A stretch of DNA of 64,000 bases from Basidiobolus meristosporus CBS 931.73. Lineage: Eukaryota; Fungi; Basidiobolomycota. This document shows, piece after piece, positions 12,177 through 26,639 of the stretch (position 1 is its first letter; each line of letters starts with the position of its first letter). Under the pieces are notes generated by a model. The model was not told where the DNA came from. It was given only the letters and a program-made list of their open reading frames with translations, and searched no databases. Both the position numbers and the translations under genes were made by a program. The stretch covers positions 62,001-126,000 of the forward strand of contig MCFE01000134.1 in NCBI GenBank assembly GCA_002104905.1. Direction: 5' to 3'.

Positions 12177-12545
12177 TGTTATGATCTACCGCTTGAATGT
12201 TTAAGTTAGATCAGTTTTTAGCTGAATCAATTAGTTTTATGTTTAGCCTATCAGTACATCAGTGTTATCTATTAAATCAGTAGTATTAGTCAGCAGATGA
12301 ATTAGCAGATCCTTATCAGACAGAAATAGATGTACCAAGTAGGAACTTATTGGGTCATGATGATGCAATCAAATGAGTTATCAGGCACAGCCTACATTAA
12401 GAAATACAATTAGTCAGCAAATGATCTGGCAAAATGTATATAAGGAGCTACTGGAACCTCAATAAAAATCAGTTCAAGTTTTAGTGAATACAATACTAGC
12501 TAAACTCCCTATTCCTCTACAACTCTTATTCCAGGACTTGTAACA
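12177..12545 (+). repeat. Solo LTR369 nested in a Copia LTR
   Basis: 369 bp; 4-bp TSD TCCT; the Copia LTR sequence gatcct|gac resumes after it. Confidence 0.92.
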
Positions 12546-14860
12546 TCCTGACCAAAGGAGAATAATGATAGGAACATAGATCTGATGAATTTGGCAAAAT
12601 CAAGGCAGTAGATCAGTCCCAAAGTAACAAGAACCAGTCCAGAATTTTAGAGTGAATTTTTAGCTACTAAATAATAACAAATAGCCCAACATTTCAACAC
12701 TCCCCCTGAGCTAAATAATTACTCAGTCCTATCCTGCTTCCAAGAATCTCAAATTGTGGCATAGTTAGGGGTTTTGTCAATATATCTTCCACTATTTTGT
12801 ATGTTGGGTAGTCAACAAACTCTACTAAGTTGTTCTCTACAGCTTGCCTCACAATGTAGAGTTGTATATCTGTGTGCTTAGCTCTAGCATGACTAGTAGG
12901 ATTTCTAGTGGATGAAATACAATTCTAATTATCCTTGTAAGTCCATGTTGGTTCATCTGAATTAAGCCTTAGTCTTGGAATAATTTTTGTAGCCATGTAT
13001 CCTCAATAGTTGCCTGACAAGTGGCCATATACTCAACTTCAGCTGTAAATAGGGCCACAGTAGGTTATATCTCTCAGGTAAGTAATGGCTGCACCAGCAT
13101 AAAGAAGTCCATGCCTGGTGGTAGAGCTCCTGTCAATCAGATCTCTACTCCAATGTAAATCACTATAACCATTGAAATATTGCCTTTTAGCTGCCCCAGA
13201 GTATTCCTGTTCCATATTTATGGTACTTTGTAGATATCTGAAAATTTGCTTGACTGCTATGGTTTAATCCAATCCAGAACTTTGTATGAATTGACTGACA
13301 ATTCCCACTGCCACTGCAATATCCAGAAAGGTAGACACCAACAAGTACATCAGGCTACCAGCCATTTATTGACAGGGGAAGTTTTGGTCCATATTTGAGC
13401 CATTTTTAGCTAAAACTGGCTGAGACTTGCCCAGTTTCAGGTTGTTGTCAATTGGGGTAGCTGTAGGCCTGTAATGCCTTATTTCAATGCATCCAAAAAT
13501 GCCCTTGGTGTACTTGCACTGAATCAGCACAATATTTGGTGTAGGTATGTCAAATATGACTTCTATTCAAAGAAAATTGCTCTTTTTTCAAGAACTTTCA
13601 TCTCAGACTTGCTGAAGAGATCTGTTTTTGTCTGCTTAAGTGACTCCTGGTCACTTGTAGCTGTTATTAAGTAGTTCACACAAAGAATCAGAATGATCAC
13701 ACCCTTTCAAGCCTTGTAACATGTAAACTGTGATCAGCAGTGCTACAAATAGAACAAATCTCCTCTGTATACGTGTCAAGCTTATAATACAATGCTCTAG
13801 GTATCTGCTTAAGTCTATACAACAATTTTTTGAGTCCACACACCTTATGGGGGCCTTTTAGATCTGTAAAGCCTTCCAGTTGCTCCACATATATAGTGGC
13901 TTACAGATTTCCATTTAGAAAGGGTGTTTTGACAGCCATTTGGTGTAGATCTAGACTGTGTACAACTGCCAGGGCTAGGACTGTCCCAAAGGAGCTAAAC
14001 TTGGCAACCAGACCATATATTTTGTGAAAATCTAGGTCCTGGATCAGGGATTAGCTTCTTATTAGCTTTCTCCCAGATGGTAAAACTGCTGGTTCCCATG
14101 TTTTTGCCCTGATTGGCAATTGATACCCCTCCTGCATGGCTTGTTGCCACATTGTAGCATCTGGACTTTGCATTGCTGGCTCCGGATTCTGAGGTTTGGC
14201 ACATAGGGCAAGAAAAGCTTCTTCAGGATAGTTGAATGTCTGCCACCAGGATCCAGGGGCATTTTCTTTTCTTGTAGGTCTTATTACCAGGATAACCTGC
14301 TCTGATCTGGAACAGGTGGATTTAACTTCTGTATCTGGCTGAATCAGGTACATTTCTTCTTCATTAGTAGCATTTTGCAAACTCCATTGAGCAGTATTTC
14401 CCTTCATTGACAGCTTGAAGTACCCCCAATTAGCACCCAGTTTGTATTTCTGCTATGTTCATGAAATGCACAAATATCTCTAAGGCCCCATCCTCTGTCC
14501 TGAAGAAGTAAATCTGAATATCTTGTCTTGTTATCAATTAATGTTATAAAGTATCTCTTGGCTCCAAAAGTCAGTGTACTCATGGGCCCACATATGTCTG
14601 AGTGCACAATAACCAAGATATTACTAGTGTTGATGCTCCTGAGCTCCTGAGAGTGCCTAGCCTGTTTGCCATTTGTACAATCCTTACAGTCACTCAATCT
14701 GATTGATATTGAGTAGTTTAGGCCCAAAATAAGTTAATTTTTTACTAATTGGCTCATTTTTTGCTCCCCAATGTATCCTGGCCTCCTGTGCCACAACTCC
14801 CTGTCAGTTTCATCAGTTTCAGCAATGTTGACATACTCAGGTATAACGATTTACAACTCT

Positions 14861-17696
14861 CCACTGGCAGCTACTGCAAGTGGGTTCATACTACTGACTG
14901 TGAATGATATCTCAGATGCTACTGCAGCAATACTGACTGACATACTCCATATACCTGGAATAGCTAAGAACCTGCTCTAAGTTAGTGAAGCAAGTGCTGA
15001 GAGACTGAAATTTAGTTTTATTAAGCTGAGCTGTTTAATATTGAGTGTAAATGGGTAAGAATTAGCTTTGAGAATCAGAGATCACAATATGCACATGTTG
15101 CAATGCAATATCATAGTACCTGAGTATGTCAACATTGCTGAAACTATTGGAACTGACTGGAAGATGTGGCATAGGTGGCCATGACATATTGCAGAACAGA
15201 AAATGAGCCAATTGGTGAAAAATGAACTTGTTTTAGGCCTTAATTACACAATGCCAATCAAGTTGAGTGTCTGTAAGGGATGTTCATATGGTAAACAACC
15301 TAGACAACATTTCTGGAGCTCAGGAGGCATCAACACCACCAAAATATTGACTATTGTACACTCAGACAAATGTGGGCCCATGATCACACTGTCCTTTGAA
15401 GGCAAGAGATACTGCATGTCGTTTGTTGATCATAAGACAAGATATGCATAAGTATACTTCCTCAAAACAAAGGATGAGGCTTTTTGGATGCTTGAGCATC
15501 TCAAGAAGATGGCAGAGACCTAAGCAGGGTGTATACTGAAAATACCTTGAAATGACAATGCAGAGGAATTCTGCTCAAAGATTTTGCAAAATACTGCTCA
15601 TCAACTGGTATTCCTCAGACCACTGTTCCACAGACTGTAAACCACAATGGAGCAGCAAAATGTGCAAATAGAACAATATTAACAATGGGAATATCTATGC
15701 TACATGATAAGGGAATGGACTACAGGTTTTGTGCTGAACTGGCTGCAACCACAGTGTACATTGAGAATAATGCCCAATAACAGCTCTATATGATCCTACA
15801 CTCTTTGAAGCATATACATGCAAAAAACCAGACTTCTAGCACCTCAAGATCTTTGGCAACGGTGTCTTTTATCACATTGTTGACAAAAAATGCTCAAAGC
15901 TGGACGCAAAGAGTTGAATAAGGATCTTTATTGGGTATAATGATGATACTAAAGGGTACTGAGTGCATGATGGTGGAATTTAGAAGCTGTTCAAGAGCAG
16001 GGATGTTGTATTTGAGTAGAATTCAGATCAGAAAGCCACAGAAATCATTGGCTAGCTGCCTGATGATACAAACAATGCCAATGAGTAAAATAAATACCAA
16101 GTTCAGCTAGATACAGAAACTATTCTACTAGTTGCAGATCAGAGCAAATTATCCCAGTCAGGAGATGTACCAGAATAACAAATGCCCCCATATCCTGGTG
16201 GCAGACATCCAATGATCATGATAATGCTTGCCTTGCCTTATGTGTCTAACCTCAGAATCTGGAACAGGCAATACAAAGTCCAGATACTACTATGTGGCAA
16301 CAAGCCATGCAGGAGGTGTACCAATTACTGATCAAAGCAAAAATATTGGTACATGTAGACTTAACAAATGGGAGAAAGCCCATAGGATGTAGTTGAGTCT
16401 ACAAGATCATGATAACCTCAAATGGCACAGATGAATAGTACAAGGCAAGATTGATGGTCAAAGGCCAGGAGGCACCTAAACAGACAAAATCATCTCTCTT
16501 CAGCAAGTTTTAGATGAAAGTTCTTGGAAAATTCAGCTTTTTCTTGGAATTGAAGTAAATTTTGACATACCTATGCAGAAAATTATGCTAAATCACTTGT
16601 AGTCAGGGATATTCATAGATGCTGCAAAAGGATAATTGCAAGCCTGCAGCTCCCTCTATGGACAATAATCTAAAATTTGGCAAATCTCAGCCAGTTTTAG
16701 TTGAGAATGGCTCAAATATAGACAAAAACTTTCCCTTTCAATCAATAGTTGCTAGCCTGATATACCTGTTGGTGTCTACCTGTCTGGATATTGCAGTGGC
16801 AGTGGACACTGCCTGTCAATTCATGCAGAATTATGGATCAAATCAAATCAGTACAGTTAAGTAGATTTTCAGATATCTATAAGCTATCAAAACATGGTAC
16901 TGGAATACTCATGAGCAGCTATTAGGTGTGAACTTGATGGTTAGAATGATTCAGATTGTAGTAGAGATATGATTGACAGATGCTCTACCACTGGGTATGT
17001 ACTTCTTAATGCTGCAACAGCTATTACTTTGAATTGCAAGAAACAACCAACTGTGGCCCTGTCTGCAGCTGTAGCTGAGTATATGGCTGCTTACCAAGCA
17101 ATTAAGGAAGCTATATGGCTTCAGAAATTATTCAAAGACTTAGGCTTTAACTCAGATGAGCCAACATGAATTCCAAAGATAATCAAAATTGTATTTCATT
17201 AGCTAGGAACTCTACTAATCATTCCAGAACTAAGCACATAGATATATTGACAAAACCAGTAGTTAAACCACAATTTGAGAATCTCAGAGAGGAATCAAGA
17301 GAAAGAAATTCCTTAGTTGAGGGGGAGTGCTGAATTATCAGACTCTTTGGTATCTTTCAGCAGCTAAATATTTACCCAACAGTTCCATATTAGTCTTGGT
17401 CACTGTAGGCATATTTGCAGTCACAACTTCACCAGTCTCTTCACATCTATCATCCTTTGATTATTCCCCTATAATGAAGATCAAATTACCACTTTTTACC
17501 AAACATTATGTACTAACCCTGAAACTGCTACACAATGCTCCTGAATGTTACAAAACCCTCCTTACTTAGTGTTACTGCTGAATTACTTCTACAAAGGTAT
17601 AAATACTGATCCTTTTTATGAATAAACCTGAGTTTGACTATTATTACCATAACATGATAAGTTTTTTATATCCAAATCACTACTTAAGTTGCAATA
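14861..17696 (+). mobile_element. 5'-truncated degenerate Copia copy (protease end to 3' LTR ~17327-17696) in opposite orientation inside the other Copia
   Basis: ORFs 14771-14980, 15203-15451, 16619-16864 and 16969-17169 match the intact pol; PPT followed by an LTR ending TTGCAATA. Left boundary approximate. Confidence 0.85.
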
Positions 17697-20166
17697 TTAT
17701 GTTGCATGGTAACTTGAAAATATTATGATCTCTAATTCACAAAGCTACCTTTTGTCTATTTCCACTCATTATTGAGCAGTACAGCTTAGTAAAAGCAATT
17801 TCAGTCCTTGGGTGTTTACTTTACTGACTGAGAGTAGACTTGTAGCTATTCCAGAGACAAAGAGTATGCTGGTCAGTTTAGCTATTGTTAACCTCAATCT
17901 ATTACACATATTTAGCTGTATAGACCCACTGGCAGTAGCTTCCAATGCAGAATTGTCTCCCAGATAAACCTTTCTAGCCACAATAGTTTTCAAGTTGCTG
18001 GACCACTTCTTTATACCTCTAATATATTGTGATACACCAGATAAACCTTTCTTACAGGAATAGTCTTTAATTTGCTGAGCCACTCCATTATGCCACAAAT
18101 ATGCTGTGATGCTCCAGAGTCAATAGACTATTCACTACTTCAGTAACTTGCACTTTCTTGTAAAATTCCAAATCACTGTTCTTCAGTAGTTACATGGTTT
18201 GTGTGCTGCAGTTTCTGTCTTTTGTCTGCTTGTTTCTTCTTGCATTATCTGGCTTAGTATCCTGGCTGCTTGCAGTAGTTACATCAGCCAGGTTTTCTTT
18301 GCTTTTGTTACTTTCCCTTCTTTTCTGGGTATCTTTCCAAGGTAAATAAAGCATTATCTTCAATTATCTCTGCTTGATCATTACTTCTGAGTTCTTCATG
18401 GAGAAGTCTTCCTTTAACATAGTCAGAAGTCAGATTGTCTTCTCTGCTTCGAAAAAAAGTTATGAGTGGCTCATACTTGACTAGTAAGCTGCAAAGCAGA
18501 CAGATTATCTTTTCTTCATCATCTACACCAGCATTAATACTGTTAATAGCTTCTTCAAGTGGCTTCATTATGGTAATGAGTTGTAGTATGTCATCATCTG
18601 GCTTTTTCCTCATGTTGAAGAAGTTATGGATTGAATAAAGCTTACTTGATACTGACTTTGCTCTAAAGATCTTACCTAAGGATTCCCATGCTGCTCTGGC
18701 AATATTTGAAGCGTAAACTTGTCCTATGAAGGAATCTTGCACATTGCTACATAGGGCATTAAAGGCTTTTTTCCCTTCTGTTGAAACTTTGCCACTACTT
18801 CTGCTGTTCCTTTGGGCTCACTTCTTTTCCTGTAGCTATATTCCAAAGATTTCTTTCTTCAAGGTGTATCTGCATCTTCATTCTCCTAAGTCTGTAGTTC
18901 TTCCCATCAAGCCACTTATTTACAGGGAGAATGTTAGCTTTGTTCTGTTTGCTAGTAGATGTCATCTTCATATAGATTAAGGCAATTGGGGCTCATAACC
19001 TGTTGCATTTCAAGAAGTGATTTGGATATAAGGAACCTATTGAGAAATAATGACAATAATTGGCTGTTGTATATTTGTAAAGAAGTTGAGTATTTATACC
19101 TTTGCAAAGGTAAGTTAGGGCTGTAGGTTAGTCCTACAGTGCCCCACACTAGTCCAGAATTATTATGAAATTTTTAGCTGCTGAATTATACCAAATAGTC
19201 CATTATATCAACAAGTCTTTTATTATGCTGGCCTTAAGGTGGTGCTATTGTAGACTCCTTTCAGCCTCTCAAATACTACTCTGGTCTTTATTATTGCACT
19301 TATTGACTGCACAAATCTTTAATGTCTTTCAATATCTGGGCCTATGTACACAATCACAGTCTCTCCCACCTATTCTGTGATAGGTTTTTATTCAGGCTTT
19401 GTCTTTGGGCACAGTTGAGGTGTTTTAAGCACTTTACCAATGATCCCATCAAAAGTCCATCCCAAAACTTAAATCTAGCAACTAAGAGGTATGGCTGCCA
19501 TTAGAATACCACAAATAGACTGATGAAAAGCATAACAAACCATATTACCCTGCTGGTGGATGAGATGGAATCTGAAGGTGTACCAACTACTGATCAGAAT
19601 ATAGTAGTTACCTATGAACAGTTATTATGAGGATCACATCAAGAGGCCAACACAAGCTCAAAGTTCTGTCACTAAGAGGTATTGATGTCTTCAGGGTACT
19701 TTGCAAAGACCGTCAAAAAATAATAGCATCTCAGATTTGAAAAAAATTTATTCAAAATATTTCACCACAGCAATACCTAAGTGACTTTTGATTGGTTCTT
19801 GGCCAATCCTTTCACTCTTTGATCCTGGACACTCAATCACCTCTGATGTCTGTGTACATTGATTGGCTGTTTCTTCTGTTTTACACCCCTTACTTCCTGA
19901 CTCAAAATATGCTCTGAGTTCTCAGGTATACAAGTTGGTTAATTTCCATTCAATCTTCAGTTGTAACTCAATGTCAAATTGAACTGACCTATATAAGTCT
20001 CTATACCAAGCACCAATGCAAAGCCCAACCCCAAACTCAAAAAGTAACTACATCAAAACTCACCACTGCATAAGCATTTCTGCATATATGCCCTTTTTCT
20101 ATTATGATCTAACACTCAGATATTCAAGTTAGATCAGTTTTTAGTCAATTTAATTAGTCTTATATT

Positions 20167-20535
20167 TGTTACAAGACTTGGTATAAGAGTTGTAGAGGAA
20201 TAGGGAGTTTAGCTAGTATTGTATTCACTAAAACTTGAACTGATCTTTATTGGGGTTCCAGCAGCTCCTTGTATACATTTTGCCAGATCAATTGCTGACT
20301 ATTTGTATTTCCTAATGTAGGTTGTGGCTGATAACTCATTCAATTGCATCATCATCACCCAATAAGATCCTACTCAATAAATCTATTTCTGTCTGATAAG
20401 GATCTGCTGATTCATTTGCTGACTAATTTTACTGATATGATAGATAATACTGATATACTGATAACCTAAACATATAACTAATTGATTTGACTAAAAACTG
20501 ATCTAACTTAAACATTTAAGCGGCAGATCATAACA
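20167..20535 (-). repeat. Solo LTR369 inserted in reverse into the 5' LTR of Gypsy B
   Basis: 369 bp; 4-bp TSD TATT. Confidence 0.92.
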
Positions 20536-22852
20536 TATTTAGCCTATCAGAATATTATTGTTATAAATTAAATTGGTAGTGTTAGTCAGCTGATAAATCA
20601 GGAGATCCTTGTTGGACAGAAATAGATATATCAAGTAAAATATAACTGGGTAATGATGATGCAATCAAATGAGTCATCAGCTGCAGCCCATATTAAGAAA
20701 TACATTTGTTCCACCATTAGTCTGGCAAAATTTATGTAAGGAGTTGTTGGAACTTCAACAAAGATCAGTTCAAGTTTTAGAGGTTACTACACCTCCCTCT
20801 GGATGTAAGAAAATCAAGAATGGAAGAATACTCTGCAGCAAATTCTGGCCCAACAGCAACATTTGCTCCAGATCATTAGCCAGAAGCAACAAAGAATTGC
20901 AACTATAGCCCAGAACAAGCACAACCCTGTCAAGGGCAACTTTAGTGTGAAGGTTAACCAGTTTGATGGTAGAGTCAATGAAAAACTGGGAACTTGGCTC
21001 TTGCAGATTGAAGAAGATTTCAAGGCTAAGGGAATTGCTGTAGAACGCAAGTTGCATTATGCAGCTTCTTACTTGGCAGATGCAGCTTTACAGTAGTCTC
21101 ACAACAAGGTCAGGTCTGCCACCAAAATGGGATATTCTACAATCATTACCTGGGATGAGTTTGTGCTTGCAACTCAGAATGCTTTTGAACCCCCACTCCA
21201 GAAAACACTACTTAGAAGGAAGTTGAAAACACTCAAACACAAAGAAATGGTTATAGAATACATATATGAATATAGATGTCTACTTAAACAAGTTGAAAGA
21301 ATGTGCCCCATGGATCAAGTTGAATACTCTATTGATGGGTTGAAATCAAGATCCCGCAACAAATTACATTAGTGAAGACTTCAGACCACTGAAGAAGACT
21401 TCAGGATTACAATTGTCAATGCCTCAGCTATGTTTGAAGCGGAGAAGCCCATAATGCCTAGTTAGAGAGGCTATAATTACTATGAAAGAAGACAATCAGA
21501 AGCTTTGCCAAAAGAAATAGATGCTATGCTAAAGAATCCCACCTCAGAAGAATGCAAGAAGAAAGGACTCAACTTTGATTGCCACCAGCCCAGACATATT
21601 GCAAAGTATTACCCTCAGGAAAGAAATGGACAACAGTCAATAAGAACCTTCTACCATATTGAAGCCCTTGGGCATAGTAAAAGGTAGAATGGACTTGAGG
21701 AAGACTCAGAATTCACCTTCCATATGACAGAAGAGTACCTATTCCAAATATCCTCAAACTCAGGAAAGCTATCATAGGTGAATGGAGTAATCAATGGAGT
21801 ACCTACCAAGATTGTGCTTGACTCAAGAGCATAACATGAGTAAATGTCAAAGCAATTTGCTGTGAAAGCTGGAATCAACTTTGGGCCCACCAAATCAACT
21901 TCAGCCTCAACAGCTAATGCAAACTCTTACATAATCAACTGTATAGCCCAGCCAGTAAGAATGAGGATCAATGACTGTGAAGAATACCTACCGGTCTATA
22001 CATTTGGGAACTGCAAGTTAACCTTGTACTTAGGAAAACATGGCTATTCTGTTGTAATCCAGAGAACCCATGCTTCCCAGATTCAAGAAGACAATCAGAC
22101 TTATGAGCCCCTACCTGCCAGACTAGATTTCAGCTTGGTCAATTCCAGTGTGTGTAAAAGAAGTGAGCTTAGCAAGATCCAGCTCTTTAGAGCATTCAGA
22201 AAAGGTACCCAGATGCTTCTTGTAGTGGTTTCAAAGGAGGAAGTATTGCAGCCCCTTTAACTGATATCCTTAAGAAAAACAAAACCTTAAAGTGGGGCAT
22301 AGCCTGTGAGACTGCCTTTCATACACTCATGAATGAACTTGCTAAGCTGCCAAGCTTCAGAATACCTGAATTCAGAAAAGAGTTTACTCTGTGCACAGAT
22401 GCTTCAGATTATGCAATTAGTAGAGTACTGAGCCAAGAACATGAATGAAAGAACTACTGATTTGCTTTTGAATCCAAGAAACTGAACTCTGCAGAAAAAA
22501 AACTCTCCTGTGTATAAGAAGAAAATGGTAAATTGAAGGAGTCAATTACACTGTGAAGACTGATCATGCCTCATTCAAGTATATATTGTGCTTGTTCTGT
22601 TGAATAGTGTCACATTGAGCCATGAGTGCCAAATAGTGGCATTGTGTGCCAGAGAGGGATAGTAGACCTAAACTTGGACACAGAGTGTGAAACACAGTTC
22701 TTCATCTTCATGCAAAGCAGCCCCTATGCTTAACCCATTGTACTGGGGAAAATCCATTTTTTGACCTTTTTTTTGGGATCAATTATTCTGATGATCCTAT
22801 CAAAAGGCTGTCACAATTTTAAATTTCTGTGACTAAGAGGCACTGATCCCAT

Positions 22853-24019
22853 TGTGGTAGGGTAAACATACCTCCCACAGACAAGTTTATCCATATAGTT
22901 AATATGATGCACTTATGCATACTTTATCTTATCAATATTATCCCATTCTGGTTTGCTCATATTATTAGTGTTTTACCATATGATATTACTCCTGATTAAT
23001 TATTAGGATTTGTTATCCCAGATGTTATTCACCTCTGCAATTGGTATATGTTAGGCAAGTACCTGCATCAGTACACATGACACACAGCCTAAGTCTGTGT
23101 TACCATTGCTACCATTTCAATACCATGTATGATATCTGCATGTTATACAGGCTTCAGACTACTGATTGCTGATTGGTTGAGTGTGCTGTGCCTTTTAGAA
23201 CCTTCCAGGACCTTTTTGGAGTATTTTTAGCTCATAGTGATGTCTTCAAGAATTCCACTGATGCATGAAATCTTCTAGGACCTTGTCATTAGTAATCCTT
23301 TGGCAATCTTGAAAAGTATTTAAGGGAAGTCAAACTGTCATTAATTAATCATCCCATCTATCAGTTGTTACAAGTCTTAGTATAAGAGTTGTAGAGGAAT
23401 AGGGAGTTTAGCTAGTATAATATTCACTAAAACTTGAACTGATCTTTATAGAGATTCCAGCAGCTCCTTATATACATTTTGCCAGATCAATTGCTGACTA
23501 ATTGTATTTCCTAATGTAGGCTGCAGCTGATGACTCATTTGATTACATCATCATCACCCAATAAGATCCTACCTAATATATCTATTTCTCTCTGATAAGG
23601 ATCTGCTGATCCATTTGCTGACTAAGGATACTGATTTCATAGATAATACTGATATACTAATAACCTAAACATAAATCTAATTGATTTGACTAAAAACTGG
23701 TCTGATTTAAACATTCAAGCAGCAGATCATCATACAGTAACACTTCTCTCTTATTGATTAGCAGTTGATCACTGCACCTGCCTTCAACAGTTACACCTCC
23801 AACCTGCCATCAAGGAGCTTTTCAGAGTGGTGTACAAGACACACATAGGCCTGTGGAGATACTTGGAGCACCTAGGAAGCTTGAGACACAGGAGCTTTTA
23901 CCATAGTGACATATTGACAAAGACGCCAGCAGTTTAGACCCTGAGGTTATTGCACCCATCAGATACCTCACACACCTTGAGTTGTGCAGCTTCTCCCAGA
24001 GTATTTCTACATCACCATA
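22853..24019 (+). repeat. Solo ~800-bp LTR (LTR800) containing a nested LTR369
   Basis: TGTGG...CCATA ends, TSD CCAT; reverse-complement homolog at 30056-30858. Confidence 0.88.
23366..23734 (-). repeat. Solo LTR369 nested in LTR800
   Basis: 369 bp; 4-bp TSD CAGT. Confidence 0.92.
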
Positions 24020-24272
24020 CCATCAGGACACTGTGCAGAGACCATTAAAAAATAATTGCACCCCAGATTTCACAAAAAACTTTGTCAAAATTTCTCATCA
24101 CAACAATATATTAGAGGCTTCTGATTGGTTCCCTGCCAACTTGCTCACCTTCCAATTGCAGACACTCAATCACCTCCTACATTTTTGTACATTGATTGGC
24201 TATTGCCTTGTTTTCACACTCCTTATTTCCTGACTCAATTGTTTCTCTTACTTTTTATGCATATAAACTGAT

Positions 24273-26428
24273 TCATTTCTGTTGAAACTTCAGATGTACC
24301 TCAATTGCCAATTGTTTTGACCTATACAAGTTCCTATACTCTACACCAACATTAAGCCCCACCCTACACTCAACAAGTATCTCCATTGAAATCCACCACT
24401 CAATAAGTATTTCTACTGTAACACTCTGGTTCCACAACTTTGGCAGGAACCCAACCAATTTATGCCACTGTGTGTTCACTAATTCCCACACATCTTAGTC
24501 TTCAGCCAGCACTGCAAGGTGTAGCACCTTATCTGCCAGTCTTTGCAATAAATCCTTACTATATTCAAGTGCTTTTTCTTGTGCATTGCTCCTGAAGAAG
24601 TGCTGTAACCACTGGGTATGCCTATTAATGTTGCAAGAATCCACTGAAAGCAATGTGATAGTCTTTCAAGTTCTTGATATTGTAGCCTTGTCTGTCAGTG
24701 TGATTGTCACTCTGTCAGCAATGGAAGATGTGGAGGTTGTAGTAGACATATTGCCTTTCTCTGCAAACTCATCTACCTTGCTAAAGTTTAGCTCAACTGC
24801 CTGCACTTCCAACTCTTGTGAAAACAGCTGTCTTCTTGTTGTTAATTCTTTGTGGCTATGATGGGATTTAGTCTGTTCCAGGCTTTTGGCATTAATTGGC
24901 AAGAATTGCATATTTTTTGTATGTTTCCCTGTCTCAGGCTTGGGTAGACATTGTTCCCTTTGTTGTAAAAGTTTGTAATTCTACCCAAATATTCACCTAG
25001 CTTAGTAACTTAGATTGTTACCTTCAAATCATAGAGAATACTGACCAAATTCCTTGTCAGGATTTACTCAGAATATTTTCACCAGAATACCAGGTACCCA
25101 GAACATGAAAATTCCCAAAGTTGTCCAAACAGCCCCAAACTTTGCACACATGTTCTGGGACCTGTATTAACCAATTCTATGTGTTTGTTATGCCAAGACC
25201 ATGTAAAAGTATAAATACTACTTTGACATTCAATAAATCATCAAGTGAAAACCTCATAATCTACTTGTCCTCACAATCACTTCCAATATCTCCAAGACTC
25301 TCACAATACCCTTTACCTTTTTTATCACTGCCAAGTCTTTCACTGCTACTTTTACTCAGTGCTTCTTGTAATGAGCTACTATTTGTCTTTTGTAAATTCT
25401 GCCCTGATGCATCTGTTTTTACCTGCTTGTCCCTTGCAGGCACTCCTCTGGCAACTTAGCATTTCTTTGCCAATTGTTTTGAGCTCTAAGCCATAGTTGT
25501 GATGGGATCTTAAGAAAGCCACTGGTTCTTATCACTGCCAGTTCCTTCATTGCTACTTTGATTGAGAGCTTGTTTGGTAGTACTACTCTTTTTCTTTGAT
25601 AAAAGTGGAGCTGGTGCATCCATGTCCACCTCCTTGTCCCTTTTTGGCACTCTTCCAGCTAGCTGACGTCTTGTTGATGCTTGTTTGGAGCTTTTGGCCC
25701 AGCTTGTAATGGGCTCTTTAGGAAGCTGTTTGTTTTTAGCCATGGCACCCTTGTTCTTCTGCCTTTGATAGTTTCTGCTATACTTAGGATACTTTCTTAT
25801 CATTGAAATGCTGGCCCAAAATCTGCTTGCCTGTTGGAATCTGGGATGATGCTCACGGAACAAGTCAAGCACATTCTGATTGGCCTTGAGCTCCTAGTGG
25901 GCCCATGGTATGCTGGCCTTAAGGCAATGGAGTGGTAGACTTCTGATGGTGTCTTGAATATTAGCCCACTCCTCATTATTGCACTTGACTGCTTCATAGA
26001 TCTTCAATATCTTTTGATTTTTAGGCTTTGGTATAGACACCACATTGTCTCCCTCCTATGCTGTGATTGGTTTTTCTGTGCACTTTATTTTTGGGCACTG
26101 TTGTTGTGCTTCAAGATTTTACTGTGTCCCTCTGCTGTTACATTGGGAAATAGCTCAATTCTTGGATGTGACATTGAGATACTGAGTTCCTTCTTTGCAG
26201 CAAAAATACTGCTTTCTCTACATGGGATATTGATTGCTCTACACACATTATCCACTCATCCGGTTTCTGGACTGTTTCTTGATTTTGCTGGGCCATTGCA
26301 GCTACCCTATCAGTCACTGCACCTAATTGATTCATCAATGCTCTGGTAAGAGCTGTCAACACACTTGCTAATATGGGTGGTGGTGTTGTTATGATGGTCA
26401 CTTGCTGGTCTCCAGCGGAAGGTACCAC
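24273..26428 (-). pseudogene. Second gene of the CMC-like element (unknown product, TnpA-like role inferred)
   Basis: Fragment ORFs 26138-26428, 25510-25872, 24666-24911 and 24273-24491 recur collinearly at 40330-43377 and 45009-46900. Confidence 0.7.
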
Positions 26429-26639
26429 ATTTGCTACACTCTCATCTGCCTGCCCATAATGGTCAGGTTGCAGAGTGATAGCTGGGCCAAAGAAGGCTCA
26501 CTAATGATTGTGAGCCTATCTCCCCTAACAAAAGTACCCTGCATGAGCCTGGTCAAATCCCAATATGCAATGAGACAGCACTAATTGAAACAAATGCCAA
26601 TGGTGTCAAGTATACACAGTAATCCATCTACAGGTGAAT

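Larger units (their letters stand above)
11959..19213 (-). mobile_element. Degenerate Copia element of the same lineage (3' LTR 11959-12699, 5' LTR 19001-19213 internally deleted), interrupted by two insertions
   Basis: gag remnant 18308-18742 and protease remnant 17769-18098 match the intact ORF; IN/RT remnants 12700-14850; PBS at 18989-19000; many stops and deletions. Confidence 0.88.
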
